DNA of 64,000 bases from Solirubrobacteraceae bacterium (GCA_044865965.1 JBIOTP010000097.1:5068-69067), one strand, 5' to 3'. Shown: positions 8,086-17,772, numbered from the stretch's first letter. Made by a program: numbers and translations. Notes: a model not told the origin generated them from the sequence alone.

Positions 8086-10599
8086 ATGACACGACGACCG
8101 CTCGCCATCCGCCGACCGCTCGCGATCGCGCTCGCCGCCTCGTTGCTCTACGCGGGCGTGCTCGTGGCGACGGCGCACGCCGAGCAGCACCTGGTGCGGG
8201 TCACGCTCGTCACCGGCCAGCAGCTCACGGTGACGGTGGACGTCCCGCCCGGCACACCGGTCGGCGACGTGCAGATCCCCGGTCTGCCGGCGCCGATCCA
8301 GTCGATCCAGGACCTCGGTCCGGTCCAGGCGCCCCCCACCCCCACTCCCACGCCCACGGTCACCGCGCCGCCGGCCGCCGCCCCGGCGCCGACGGCCGCG
8401 GCGCCCGGCGCCACCGCGACGCCCGGCAATCAGACCAGCAGCACCTCGGGCTCCACCGGGCGTTCAAAGAAGAAGGGCTCCAAGCAGAAGCGGCCCGGCT
8501 CCATCGCCAACGAGCTCACCGGCCGTGACGACGCGCCCAACGTCGAATCGCTGACCGGCCGCGTGCCGGAGGCCACGGCGACCGCGTCGCCGGAGCCGCA
8601 GCCGCCGCGCCCGGCCGACCCCACGTACTCGCTGGCGACGCCCGGCGCGGCCAAGATCGGAGTGCCGAACTTCTTCATCGACAAGTTCCGCATCCCGCCG
8701 TTCCTGCTGCCGATCTACCAGGCCGCGGGCACCGAGTACAGCGTGCGCTGGGAGCTGCTGGCCGCGATCAACGAGATCGAGACCGACTACGGCCGCAACC
8801 TCAATGTGAGCTCGGCGGGCGCCCGCGGCTGGATGCAGTTCATGCCGGGCTCGTGGAGGAAGTACGGCGTCGACGGCAACCGCGACGGCGTGAAGGATCC
8901 CGACAACCCCGTCGATGCGATCTTCGCCGCCGCCCGCTACCTGCGCGCCGCGGGGGCCGACCACGACATCCGCGGCGCGGTCTTCGCCTACAACCACGCC
9001 GACTGGTACGTCGACTCGGTGCTGCTGCGCGCGCAGGTGATCGGCGGCCTGCCGTCGAATCTCGTCGGCTCGCTCACCGGCCTCACGGAGGGCCGCTTCC
9101 CCGTCGCCGCGCGCGCGACCTACGCGGACGAGCTGTCGGACCGCGAGCTGCACAAGAAGCGCCGGACGGCGGCGATGGCGGTGGACAGCGCCGCCCGCCG
9201 CGGCCTCTCGATCTTCGCGAAGGCGGGCTCGCCCGTGATCGCGGTCAACGACGCGCGGGTCGTGCGGATCGGCTTCTCGGCGCGGCTCGGGCGCTTCGTG
9301 CAGATCCAGGACGCCTACGGCAACACGTACACATACGGGCGGCTGGCGAAGATCGCCACGCGCTACGCCGCGCCGAAGCCGCAGAAGCTGTCGGCGGGCG
9401 AGACCCAGCGCGAGCTGAAGCTGCCCAAGCGCGACGCGGCCCCCACGGAGCCGGCGTCGCGCACGACCCGCCCGGCCGCGAGGACGCCGCGCAAGTCGCT
9501 GGCGCGCAAGGCGGCGCCGAGCGGCGAGACGCCCGCGGCGCCGAGCGCCGGCGCGCCGGACGAGGGCACCGCCGACCCGGGCCTGGCGGCGGTCACGAGC
9601 GCCCCCGCCAAGGTCCGCCTCTTCGCACACCCGTCGCGCGCGAACTCGGCCGCCGCCGGCGGCGCGCAGCAGGAGTTCCTGCGCACGGGGCGCATCGATG
9701 GCGCGCTGTCGCCCTCACGCCTGCTCGGCCTGGACCGCGACCAGATCCTCGTGCGCCGCCTGCGGGCGGGCGCCCAGATCCCGGCCGGCACGGTGCTCGG
9801 GCGCATCGGCCGCGCGTCCTCGCCCAAGCACCCGTACCTGCGCTTCGAGATCCGGCCGGCCGGCCGCGGCGCCCCGCGGATCGACCCGAAGCCGATCCTC
9901 GACGGCTGGAAGCTGCTGGAGTCGACCGCGATCTACCGCGCGCAGGGCCGCAACCCGTTCGTCGGCCCCGACGCGGCGACGCCCTCGATCGGCCAGATCC
10001 TGCTGATGAGCAAGGACGCACTCCAGCAGCGCGTGCTCGCCGACCCGCGGATCCAGATCTATGAGTGCGGCCGGCGCGACATCCAGGCCGGCGCGGTCGA
10101 CCGGCGCGTGCTGGCCACGCTCGAGTTCCTCGTCGCCTCGGGCTTCAACCCGACCGTGACCTCGCTGGAGTGCGGGCACTCGTACCTGACCGCGTCGGGC
10201 AACGTGTCCGAGCACTCGAGCGGCTCGGCGGTCGACATCGCGGCGATCAACGGCACGCCCATCCTCGACCACCAGGGCCCCGGCTCGATCACGGAGCTCG
10301 TCATCCAGCGGCTGCTCACGCTCCAGGGCACGATGAAGCCGCACCAGATCATCTCGCTGATGACGTTCGACGGCGCGGACAACACGTTCTCGCTGCCCGA
10401 CCACGCGGACCACATCCACGTCGGCTTCCAGCCGATGTACGGTGCCAACTCCAAGCTCGCGAAGCAGCTCAACGCGATCCTGAAGCCCACGCAATGGGTC
10501 AAGCTCATCGAGCGTCTGGGGAAGATCGACAACCCGAAGGTGCGGTTGGCGCCGTCGAAGTACGCGATCAAGACCAAACCGTCGCACGACGAGCCGTAG
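8086..10599 (+). CDS. Secreted multidomain peptidoglycan hydrolase (lytic transglycosylase + degenerate M23-like + M15-like)
   Basis: Signal peptide, Pro/Thr linker, LAAINEIETDYG / SSAGARGWMQFMP / AYNH; C-terminal EHSSGSAVD and DHIHVG. Confidence 0.85.
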   Translation: MTRRPLAIRRPLAIALAASLLYAGVLVATAHAEQHLVRVTLVTGQQLTVTVDVPPGTPVGDVQIPGLPAPIQSIQDLGPVQAPPTPTPTPTVTAPPAAAPAPTAAAPGATATPGNQTSSTSGSTGRSKKKGSKQKRPGSIANELTGRDDAPNVESLTGRVPEATATASPEPQPPRPADPTYSLATPGAAKIGVPNFFIDKFRIPPFLLPIYQAAGTEYSVRWELLAAINEIETDYGRNLNVSSAGARGWMQFMPGSWRKYGVDGNRDGVKDPDNPVDAIFAAARYLRAAGADHDIRGAVFAYNHADWYVDSVLLRAQVIGGLPSNLVGSLTGLTEGRFPVAARATYADELSDRELHKKRRTAAMAVDSAARRGLSIFAKAGSPVIAVNDARVVRIGFSARLGRFVQIQDAYGNTYTYGRLAKIATRYAAPKPQKLSAGETQRELKLPKRDAAPTEPASRTTRPAARTPRKSLARKAAPSGETPAAPSAGAPDEGTADPGLAAVTSAPAKVRLFAHPSRANSAAAGGAQQEFLRTGRIDGALSPSRLLGLDRDQILVRRLRAGAQIPAGTVLGRIGRASSPKHPYLRFEIRPAGRGAPRIDPKPILDGWKLLESTAIYRAQGRNPFVGPDAATPSIGQILLMSKDALQQRVLADPRIQIYECGRRDIQAGAVDRRVLATLEFLVASGFNPTVTSLECGHSYLTASGNVSEHSSGSAVDIAAINGTPILDHQGPGSITELVIQRLLTLQGTMKPHQIISLMTFDGADNTFSLPDHADHIHVGFQPMYGANSKLAKQLNAILKPTQWVKLIERLGKIDNPKVRLAPSKYAIKTKPSHDEP

Positions 10600-10625
10600 A
10601 CGCTGACGAGCGGCGCTTCCGCTTC

Positions 10626-11447
10626 GTGCAGTGGGAGTTCGCCGGCCGGCTCGGGCCGCCGCCCGGGCGCTACGTCGTGCGCCGCTACGCGGGCGACGAG
10701 GTCCGACAGGTCGTGGTGGTGAGTGAGCTCGGCCACGCGCCGCGTCCGGAGCGGCGCTTCCGGAGCCGTGGCCGGCGCGTGGGCGCCGGGCCCGCGCCGA
10801 GCGCGGCCCCGGTCACCCGCGTCACGGTGATCGACGCGGAGCCGCTGGCGGACCGCGCCGCCGGGCGCGCCTGGCTCGAGCGGACCGGGGACGTCGCGAG
10901 CGACGCCTTCCGCACGCTGGCGCACGTCGTCGCCGCCTACCGCGTGGCCGCCGCCGATCCCGCGATCGCCGACCCGGACCCCGACCGCGCGCTCGCCGCG
11001 CGGCTCGGCTACGGCTCCGGCGAGCAGGTGGCCGACGGCGCCTGGGAGGCCGCGCGCGAGCTGCCCCGCCCGCCCCGCCCGCGCCGCCCGGACACGCGCC
11101 CCCAGGAGCGCCTGGCGGCGCTGCTGAGCGCCCGCGACGCGGCGCTCGCGTGCGAGGAGCTGGCCCTGCGCGCCCGTGGCGACCTGGACTGCGGGCGCGA
11201 GCGCGAGGCGGCGATGCAGCTCGAGGCGGCGCTCGCGGCCGCGCTGGCCGAGCTCGAGAGCTGGCGCGAGCACGGCGACCTCGCCGCGCGCCTGACCGAG
11301 CTGGCAGGGCACCGCGAGCCGGTGGCCGCGGCGGCCGCCGCGGCGCGCGAGGGGCGCCTGGGCGGCGCCCACGGGGAGGCGGTCACGGCGGCGCTGGCGC
11401 GTCTCGAAGCCGCCGTGCGCGCGCGAGCGAACATAAAGGGGGTCTGA
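10626..11447 (+). CDS. Hypothetical protein
   Basis: Coding-like 3' part of ORF 10065..11447; start uncertain (GTG 10626). Confidence 0.6.
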   Translation: MQWEFAGRLGPPPGRYVVRRYAGDEVRQVVVVSELGHAPRPERRFRSRGRRVGAGPAPSAAPVTRVTVIDAEPLADRAAGRAWLERTGDVASDAFRTLAHVVAAYRVAAADPAIADPDPDRALAARLGYGSGEQVADGAWEAARELPRPPRPRRPDTRPQERLAALLSARDAALACEELALRARGDLDCGREREAAMQLEAALAAALAELESWREHGDLAARLTELAGHREPVAAAAAAAREGRLGGAHGEAVTAALARLEAAVRARANIKGV

Positions 11448-11460
11448 CCCCCTTTATGTT
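11430..11460. repeat. Perfect 15-bp inverted repeat with GGGGTCTGACCCC core (REP-like or bidirectional terminator)
   Basis: AACATAAAGGGGGTC-T-GACCCCCTTTATGTT between convergent genes. Confidence 0.75.
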
Positions 11461-12200
11461 GCGGCCACGACCGCCTCGAGCTCCTCGACGACGTCGCCCG
11501 ACAGCCGGATCGTGGCCTCGGCGTCGTACGGCGTCGGGCCCTTGGTGACGATCGCCAGGCGGCCGCCGTTGGCCAGCGTCTCGGCCGGCAGCCCGGCGAC
11601 CGGGTAGACCTCGAGCGAGGAGCCGACGACGAGCATCAGCCCGGCGTCGCGGGCGAGGGTCTCGGCGCGCTCCATCGCCTCCTCGGGCAAGAGCTCGCCG
11701 AACAGCACGACGTCGGGCTTCAACGGCTCGCCGCAGTCGCAGCGCGGCACGCCGGCGGGGTCGGCGGCCAGCCGCGCGCGGGTCTCGGCCTGCGGGAAGC
11801 GCGCGCCGCAGCTCAGGCAGGACGCGCTCCTGACCGACCCGTGGACCTCGATCGGGTCGCGCGTGCCGGCCGCCGCGTGCAGGCCGTCGATGTTCTGGGT
11901 GATCAGGCCGGCCAGCAGGCCGGCCCGCTCGAGCCCGGCGAGCGCGAGATGCGCGCCGTTGGGCCGCTTGTCGTCGAGGACCTCGAAGCGCTTGCCGTAG
12001 AACCCCCAGAAGCGCTCGGGATCGCGCCGCCAGACCGAGATATGGGCGACCTCCATCGGGTCGACGTTCGCCCACAGGCCGGTCCCCGGCGAGCGGAAAT
12101 CCGGTATGCCCGACGGGACGGAGATGCCGGCGCCCGTAAGCGCGACGACCGGGCCCGCGGAGTGGATCAGCTCCGCGAGCCGGTCATGCGCCGCGGTCAC
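11454..12200 (-). CDS. cobB: NAD-dependent protein deacylase (sirtuin)
   Basis: GAGISVPSGIPDFR, TQNIDGLH, HG, CxxC..CxC zinc ligands, GSSLEVYP. Confidence 0.95.
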   Translation of the reverse strand: MTAAHDRLAELIHSAGPVVALTGAGISVPSGIPDFRSPGTGLWANVDPMEVAHISVWRRDPERFWGFYGKRFEVLDDKRPNGAHLALAGLERAGLLAGLITQNIDGLHAAAGTRDPIEVHGSVRSASCLSCGARFPQAETRARLAADPAGVPRCDCGEPLKPDVVLFGELLPEEAMERAETLARDAGLMLVVGSSLEVYPVAGLPAETLANGGRLAIVTKGPTPYDAEATIRLSGDVVEELEAVVAAT

Positions 12201-13300
12201 CTGCCCCGGAACGTCGGGCTCCGCTTCTCGATGAACGCCGCGATCCCCTCGCGCGCGTCCTCGGACGTGAAGGCCGTGATGAACGCCTCCGCCTCGGCCG
12301 CGAGGCCGGCGTCGAGGTCGCCGGCGCGGGACACGCGCTTGATCTGCTCAAGCGCGATCGGCGCCTGCTGCGCGAACTTGCGCCCCCACTGCAGCGCGGT
12401 GTCGAACAGCTCGTGGTCGGCCACGACGTGGTTGACGAGGCCGAACTCATAGGCCTCCTCGGCCGAGATCGGGTCGCCGACCGTGTTCATCTCGAGCGCC
12501 TTCGCGGGCCCGACCAGCCGCGGCAGCCGCTGCGTGCCGCCGAAGCCGGGGATGATCCCGAGGTTGATCTCGGGCTGGCCGAACGACGCCGAGTGGGCCG
12601 CGAGCCGGACGTCGCACGCCATCGCGACCTCGCAGCCGCCGCCCAGCGCCATGCCGTTGACGGCGGCGATGGTCATGATCGGCGAGGTCTCCCACGCACG
12701 CCCGAGCGCGTGCATCTGGTCGAGGTGCTCGCGGCCGGAGGCCTCGTCCCACTGGGTGAACGCCTTGATGTCGGCGCCCGCGGAGAAGAGCGCCGGGTTC
12801 GGGGACGCCAGCACCATCGCCCGCGCGCGCCCCTGCAGGTCGTCCCACGCCCGCTGGAGCCCTTCGGCCACGTGCGGCGCGAGCGCGTTGGCCGGCGGGT
12901 TGTCGAGCCACACGACCGCGATCTCGCCGCGCAGGTCGAGCTTGACCGGCGCGGTCTCGTAGCCCGGCTCCGGCTGCGGGTACGGGTAGAAGCCCTGGCC
13001 GCTCTTGGCGCCCAGGCGCCCCTGCGCGACCAGCCGGCGCAGCGTCAGCGGCGGCTCGAAGTGCTCGCCCCACTCCTCCTCGGCGCGCTCGAGCGCGGCC
13101 AGCACGTCGTCGAGGCCGCGCAGGTCGGCGCGCACGAACGGGCCCGGCACCATGCCGGTGCCGAGCATCAGGCCCATGTCGATGTCGCGGACGCCCGCGA
13201 TGCCCTCCTCGAGCACGAGGCAGGCCTCGACGAGGGCCTTCAGCTGGAAGCGCTCGGCGATCGACTCGTCGATCCGCGACGGGGTCTCAGGAGTGCTCAT
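12197..13300 (-). CDS. 3-hydroxyacyl-CoA dehydrogenase C-domain fused to enoyl-CoA hydratase
   Basis: GRLGAKSGQGFY then FSAGADI, GGGCE, GQPEINLGIIPGFGGTQRLPR. Confidence 0.9.
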   Translation of the reverse strand: MSTPETPSRIDESIAERFQLKALVEACLVLEEGIAGVRDIDMGLMLGTGMVPGPFVRADLRGLDDVLAALERAEEEWGEHFEPPLTLRRLVAQGRLGAKSGQGFYPYPQPEPGYETAPVKLDLRGEIAVVWLDNPPANALAPHVAEGLQRAWDDLQGRARAMVLASPNPALFSAGADIKAFTQWDEASGREHLDQMHALGRAWETSPIMTIAAVNGMALGGGCEVAMACDVRLAAHSASFGQPEINLGIIPGFGGTQRLPRLVGPAKALEMNTVGDPISAEEAYEFGLVNHVVADHELFDTALQWGRKFAQQAPIALEQIKRVSRAGDLDAGLAAEAEAFITAFTSEDAREGIAAFIEKRSPTFRGR

Positions 13301-14159
13301 AGAACCCCCTTCCGCTCTTGGCGCCCAGGTTGCCCTGCTCGACGAGCTCCTCCATTCCCCGGTGCACGTAGAAGCGGTCGCCGTAAGCGTCGCGCATGTC
13401 GCGCGCCACCTTCACGGTCGTGTCCAGGCCCGACATGTCGGCGACCCGGAACGGCCCCATCGGCATCTGCGCCTTCTCGCGCAGGAGCTCGTCGAGCTCC
13501 TCCACCGACACGCCGGTCTCGTCCTGGTAGCGCCAGATCTCGCTCGCCGTGGAGAGCAGGATGCGGTTGACGAGGAAGCCCGGGCACTCCGCGCAGCGCA
13601 CCGGCACCTTGCGGATCTGCTGGGCGAAGTTGGCCGCCGCCTGCGCGGTCTCGGGCAGCGTGTCGTCGGACTCGATCACCTCGACCAAGCGCATGTAGGA
13701 CGCCGGCCAGAAGAAGTGGAAGCCGACGACCTTCTCCGGCCGGTTGGTGATGGCGCCGATCTCGGTGATCGACAGCCCCGAGGTGTTGGAGGCGAGGATC
13801 GCGTGGCCCGGCGTCGCGGCGTCGAGCTCCTCGAACACCGCGTGCTTGATCTCCAGCTTCTCCGGCACGGCCTCGATCGCGAAGTCGACGTCGCCGAAGC
13901 CGTCATAGCCGGTGGCGCCGGTGATCAGGGACAGCGTGTGCTCGGCCTGCGCGTCGGCCTGCTCCTGCGAGAGCTTGCCCTTCTCGACCAGCTTGGCGCC
14001 CTGCCGGTGGGTGACCTCGCGCGCCTTCTCGATTCCCGCGTCGACGAACTTCTGGTCGACGTCCTTGAGCACGACGGGCACGTCCGCCGCCGCGATGACC
14101 TGGGCGATCTCGCCGCCCATCACCCCGGCGCCGACGACCGCCGCCTTGAACACGAACAT
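13287..14159 (-). CDS. 3-hydroxyacyl-CoA dehydrogenase
   Basis: GAGVMG, EAVPE, ASNTS, HFF, GFLVNR, PMGPF. Confidence 0.93.
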   Translation of the reverse strand: MFVFKAAVVGAGVMGGEIAQVIAAADVPVVLKDVDQKFVDAGIEKAREVTHRQGAKLVEKGKLSQEQADAQAEHTLSLITGATGYDGFGDVDFAIEAVPEKLEIKHAVFEELDAATPGHAILASNTSGLSITEIGAITNRPEKVVGFHFFWPASYMRLVEVIESDDTLPETAQAAANFAQQIRKVPVRCAECPGFLVNRILLSTASEIWRYQDETGVSVEELDELLREKAQMPMGPFRVADMSGLDTTVKVARDMRDAYGDRFYVHRGMEELVEQGNLGAKSGRGFYEHS

Positions 14160-14169
14160 GCAACTGACC

Positions 14170-14634
14170 CTACCGAGGGCGGCCGAACTGGCGCTCCGCT
14201 GCCAGCTCGGCCGAGAAGCGGGCCAGCGTGCGGCGCAGCGACTCGGCGATCCGGCGGCGGGTGATGAGCAGGTCGATCACCGGCGTGAGCGGGTTGCGCT
14301 GCTTGAGGCGGTACTGGAGCGCGAGCGTGATCCGCACGTTGTCCGGGCCCGGCTCGAACGTGACGCTCTGGGTTCCCGACAGCGCGGCGTCCTCGACCTC
14401 CAGCACCTGCCCGATGCGCTGCTCGAAGCGCGTGACGCGCTCCGACACGCGGCCGCGGCCGCGCGGCGGCGAGTCCCACAGCCGCCGGCTACCGGCCTCG
14501 GGCCAGCCGTCCTCGAGCGTCACGACGTGGCCGAAGCCGTCGATCCACGACGCCCAGCGGCTCGGGTCGTACCACAGCTGCTCGGCGAAGGCGGCGCGGC
14601 CGGGAACCACGATGCTCGCCCGCGCGCGGCCCAT
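14170..14634 (-). CDS. SRPBCC/START-fold (polyketide cyclase-like) protein
   Basis: LWYDPSRWASWIDG motif, C-terminal helix; start MGRARAS at 14634. Confidence 0.75.
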   Translation of the reverse strand: MGRARASIVVPGRAAFAEQLWYDPSRWASWIDGFGHVVTLEDGWPEAGSRRLWDSPPRGRGRVSERVTRFEQRIGQVLEVEDAALSGTQSVTFEPGPDNVRITLALQYRLKQRNPLTPVIDLLITRRRIAESLRRTLARFSAELAAERQFGRPR

Positions 14635-15095
14635 CAGTCGGTCGCCAGCACCTCGGCGCGGATCGCCCGGATCGACTGCGCGATCCGCTCCATCCGCGGC
14701 CCGAGCTCCCCCGCGAGCCGCGCGCGCTCGGCCTCGCCCGGCCGCGTGATCCGGTAGAAGCGCCGCGTGCGGCGCTCCGGGTGCTCCCACTCGCCCGCGA
14801 CGAAGCCCTGCGCCTCCAGCGAGCGCAGCAGCGGGTACATCGTGTTCGGGTTCACCGTCAACGCGCCGCCGGTCAGCTCCGCGATGCTGTCGATGAGCTG
14901 GTTGCCGTAGGACGGCCGGCGCGCCACGAAGTGCAGTACCAGCAGCGGCAGCAGCCCGGCCCGCCGCAGGTCGCCGATGAGCGGATCGGCCGAGCCCGCG
15001 CCGGCGGCGCCGGGCGGAGCGCTGACCGCCTCGCGCGCCGCCTCCAGGCCCGCCTGGGCGGCCGCCTCGGTCGTCCTGCGCGACGTGGAGGGCAC
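14634..15095 (-). CDS. PadR-family transcriptional regulator
   Basis: PSYGNQL, NTMYPLLRSLE, RRFYRITRPG; TACGAT -10 just before GTG 15095 (leaderless). Confidence 0.88.
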   Translation of the reverse strand: MPSTSRRTTEAAAQAGLEAAREAVSAPPGAAGAGSADPLIGDLRRAGLLPLLVLHFVARRPSYGNQLIDSIAELTGGALTVNPNTMYPLLRSLEAQGFVAGEWEHPERRTRRFYRITRPGEAERARLAGELGPRMERIAQSIRAIRAEVLATD

Positions 15096-15128
15096 GGAGC
15101 CATCGTAAGCCCCGCGCGGAGCGCGCTC

Positions 15129-15236
15129 GCGCCGGGCGCCGCCGGCGAGCCGGTGGGGTGCCCGCGCAGCGCCGGGGCGCCGCCGGCGAGCCGGTGGGTG
15201 CCCGCGGGCGCCGGGGCCCCGCCGGCGAGCCGGTGG
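15129..15236. repeat. Three ~40-bp tandem repeats in the padR/hydrolase intergenic region
   Basis: CGCCGGCGAGCCGGTGG at 15140, 15181, 15220. Confidence 0.8.
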
Positions 15237-15261
15237 AATGCGGGGCGTAGCCTGAACCGCC

Positions 15262-16047
15262 ATGTGCTTCCCGTTCGACGCCATCCCGCCCGACATCCCG
15301 CCGGCGCTGCGCGCACGCCCCCCGATCGCCGGCGGCGCGGCCGGCGAGCGGCTCACGCTGGGCTCGGCCGACGGCACCGAGTTCTCCGCCTACCTGGCGC
15401 GCGCCGAGGGCGCCGTGGGCGTTGTGATCCTGCCCGACGTGCGCGGCCTGTTCCGCTTCTACGAGGAGCTCGCGGAGCGCTTCGCGGACGCCGGCCTGCC
15501 CGCGATCGCGTTCGACTACTTCGGCCGCACCGCCGGCCTGGGCCCGCGCGACGCGGAGTTCGACTTCTGGCCGCACGTGGAGCAGACCACGCGCGAGACG
15601 GTCGCGGCCGACGTCGCCGCCACGGCGGCGCGGCTGCGCGCCGAGACCGCCGCCGAGCGGTTCGTCACCGTCGGCTTCTGCTTCGGCGGCGCCCACTCGT
15701 TCGCGCAGGCGGCCGCGGGCGAGGCCGCCGGCGTGGCCGGCTTCTACGGCTCGCTGGTCCCGCGCCGCGAGGGCATGCCCTCGATCATCGACCTCGTCCC
15801 GGAGTTCGCGTGCCCGGTGCTCGGGCTGTTCGCGGGCGCGGACCAGAACATCACCGCCGACCACGTCGCGCGCTTCGAGTCAGAGCTCGAGCGCCACGGC
15901 GTCGGGCACGAGATCCACACCTACGACGGCGCGCCGCACTCGTTCTTCGACCGCCGCCAGGCGGACTACGCCGAGGCCTCGGCGGACGCCTGGGAGCGTG
16001 TCCTGGGCTTCATCGGGCGCGTATCTCAGCCTAAGGTCGAGGCTTAG
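15262..16047 (+). CDS. Dienelactone hydrolase family protein
   Basis: GFCFGG nucleophile, GADQNI, YDGAPHSF. Confidence 0.92.
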   Translation: MCFPFDAIPPDIPPALRARPPIAGGAAGERLTLGSADGTEFSAYLARAEGAVGVVILPDVRGLFRFYEELAERFADAGLPAIAFDYFGRTAGLGPRDAEFDFWPHVEQTTRETVAADVAATAARLRAETAAERFVTVGFCFGGAHSFAQAAAGEAAGVAGFYGSLVPRREGMPSIIDLVPEFACPVLGLFAGADQNITADHVARFESELERHGVGHEIHTYDGAPHSFFDRRQADYAEASADAWERVLGFIGRVSQPKVEA

Positions 16048-16553
16048 CGCTGCGTTTTTCCGGCCGGCTTGTAGGAGATCTTGTCGCAGTGGCGGACCCG
16101 GTAGCCCCGGCGCGCCCTGTGGCTGATGAACAGGATGTCGTGCCCCGACCCGCAGTCGATCGATCCGCGGCCGAAGTGCGAGTGGATGATGTCCGCGCCC
16201 GAGCCGCCCAGGATCGTGTTCGTTCCGTGGCTGGCGTAGATGAAGTCGTTGCCCGGCCCGCCGTCGAGCAGGTCGCTCTGGGCCTCGGTCTGGCCTGACG
16301 GCTTGTAGTCGCCCCACAGCACGTCGCGGCCGCGCTCGCCGAAGAGCTGGTCGTTGGCGTGGCCGCCGAGCAGCTCGTCGTTCTTCGAGCCGCCGTGGTG
16401 GGCGATGCTCTGGTCGGTCCTGTTGATCCACGTCTGGCCGTTGATCTTCGGCCAGCCCTTGTGGCTGGTCTGCGCCCCCGCGGCCGCGGCACTCACGGCG
16501 AGGATCGCGAGCGTCGCGATGGAGGTTCGCCGGATGAACATCCACGACACCAT
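16044..16553 (-). CDS. Secreted calcium-binding (RTX/hemolysin-type repeat) protein
   Basis: Signal peptide; GGxxNDxL nonapeptide repeats. Confidence 0.8.
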   Translation of the reverse strand: MVSWMFIRRTSIATLAILAVSAAAAGAQTSHKGWPKINGQTWINRTDQSIAHHGGSKNDELLGGHANDQLFGERGRDVLWGDYKPSGQTEAQSDLLDGGPGNDFIYASHGTNTILGGSGADIIHSHFGRGSIDCGSGHDILFISHRARRGYRVRHCDKISYKPAGKTQR

Positions 16554-16581
16554 ATACGCCGCGCCGCGGATGCCCGATCGG

Positions 16582-17748
16582 TTACGCGGCGGCGGGCTCC
16601 TCGACGCGCCGCGGGAGCAGCGTCTCGCGCGCGATCACGAGCCGCTGGATCTGCGACGTGCCCTCGTAGAGCTGCATGATCTTGGCGTCGCGCATCAGCT
16701 TCTCGACGGGGTACTCCTTGATGAAGCCGTAGCCGCCGTAGACCTGGACGGCGTCCGTGGTGACCTCCATCGCGGTGTCCGCGGCGAAGCGCTTGGCGTG
16801 CGAGGACTCGATCGTGTTGCGCCGGCCTTGGTCGAGCAGGACGGCGGAGTGCCAGGTGGCCAGGCGCGAGAGGTGCACCTTGGTCGCCATGTCGGCGATC
16901 ATGAACTGGATCGCCTGGTGCATCGCGATCGGCACGCCGAACTGCACGCGCTGCTTGGAGTACTCGGTGGCGAACTCGAACGCCGCGCGGGCGATGCCGG
17001 TGGCCATCGCCGCCACGCCGGGGCGCGTGCGGTCGAGCGTCATCATCGCGAGCTTGAAGCCCTTGTTCTCCTCGCCGATCAGGTGGCCGGCGGGGATCTC
17101 GGTCTCGTTGAACGTGATGGTCGCGGTGTTGGACGCCCGCTGGCCCATCTTGTCCTCCTTCTTGTCCACCGTGACCGTGTCGTCGCGGGGGACGAGGAAG
17201 CAGGAGATCCCGCGGTGGCCGGCGTCCTTGTCGGTCTTCGCGTAGACCGTGTAGTAGGAGGCGTAGCCGCCGTTGGTGATGAAGCACTTGGAGCCGTTGA
17301 CGATCCACTTGTCGCCCTTGCGGACGGCGGTGGTGCGCATCCCGGAGACGTCGGAGCCGGCGTCCGGCTCGGTCAGGCAGAAGGAGGCGAACAGCGGCGC
17401 CTCGGTCAGCATCCCGAGGTACTTGGCCTTGAGCTCCTCCGAGCCGCCCAGCGCGAGGGGCGCGGTGGCCAGGCCGTTGGCGGCGATCGACGTGCCGATC
17501 CCCGAGCAGCCCCAGCCGAGCTCCTCCTCGATCAGCGCGCCGTCCATGTAGGACACGCCCGGCCCGCCGTACTCCTCGCCGATGTGCGAGTTCATCAGCC
17601 CGAGCTCCCACGCCTTCTCGAGCACGGCCTGCGGCCACTCGCCGTCCTTGTCGTACTCCCAGGCCACAGGGCGCATCTCCCGCGCGGCGAAGTCGTGCGC
17701 CATCTCGCGCAACGCCTTCTGCTCGTCGGTCAGCGTGAAGTCCACCAC
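16582..17748 (-). CDS. Acyl-CoA dehydrogenase
   Basis: FCLTEPDAGSDV, NGSKCFIT, RVQFG, GGYG, YEGTSQIQR. Confidence 0.96.
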   Translation of the reverse strand: MVDFTLTDEQKALREMAHDFAAREMRPVAWEYDKDGEWPQAVLEKAWELGLMNSHIGEEYGGPGVSYMDGALIEEELGWGCSGIGTSIAANGLATAPLALGGSEELKAKYLGMLTEAPLFASFCLTEPDAGSDVSGMRTTAVRKGDKWIVNGSKCFITNGGYASYYTVYAKTDKDAGHRGISCFLVPRDDTVTVDKKEDKMGQRASNTATITFNETEIPAGHLIGEENKGFKLAMMTLDRTRPGVAAMATGIARAAFEFATEYSKQRVQFGVPIAMHQAIQFMIADMATKVHLSRLATWHSAVLLDQGRRNTIESSHAKRFAADTAMEVTTDAVQVYGGYGFIKEYPVEKLMRDAKIMQLYEGTSQIQRLVIARETLLPRRVEEPAAA

Positions 17749-17772
17749 GGTGTCGCTCCTTCGCGATGCCAG

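Noticed and set aside
11454-12200. Sir2 anti-phage defence effector
   Set aside because: Canonical zinc-binding CobB-type sirtuin in a fatty-acid operon with no defence partners.
15129-15236. Possible mini-CRISPR
   Set aside because: Linkers are near-identical rather than unique spacers, and no cas genes are present.
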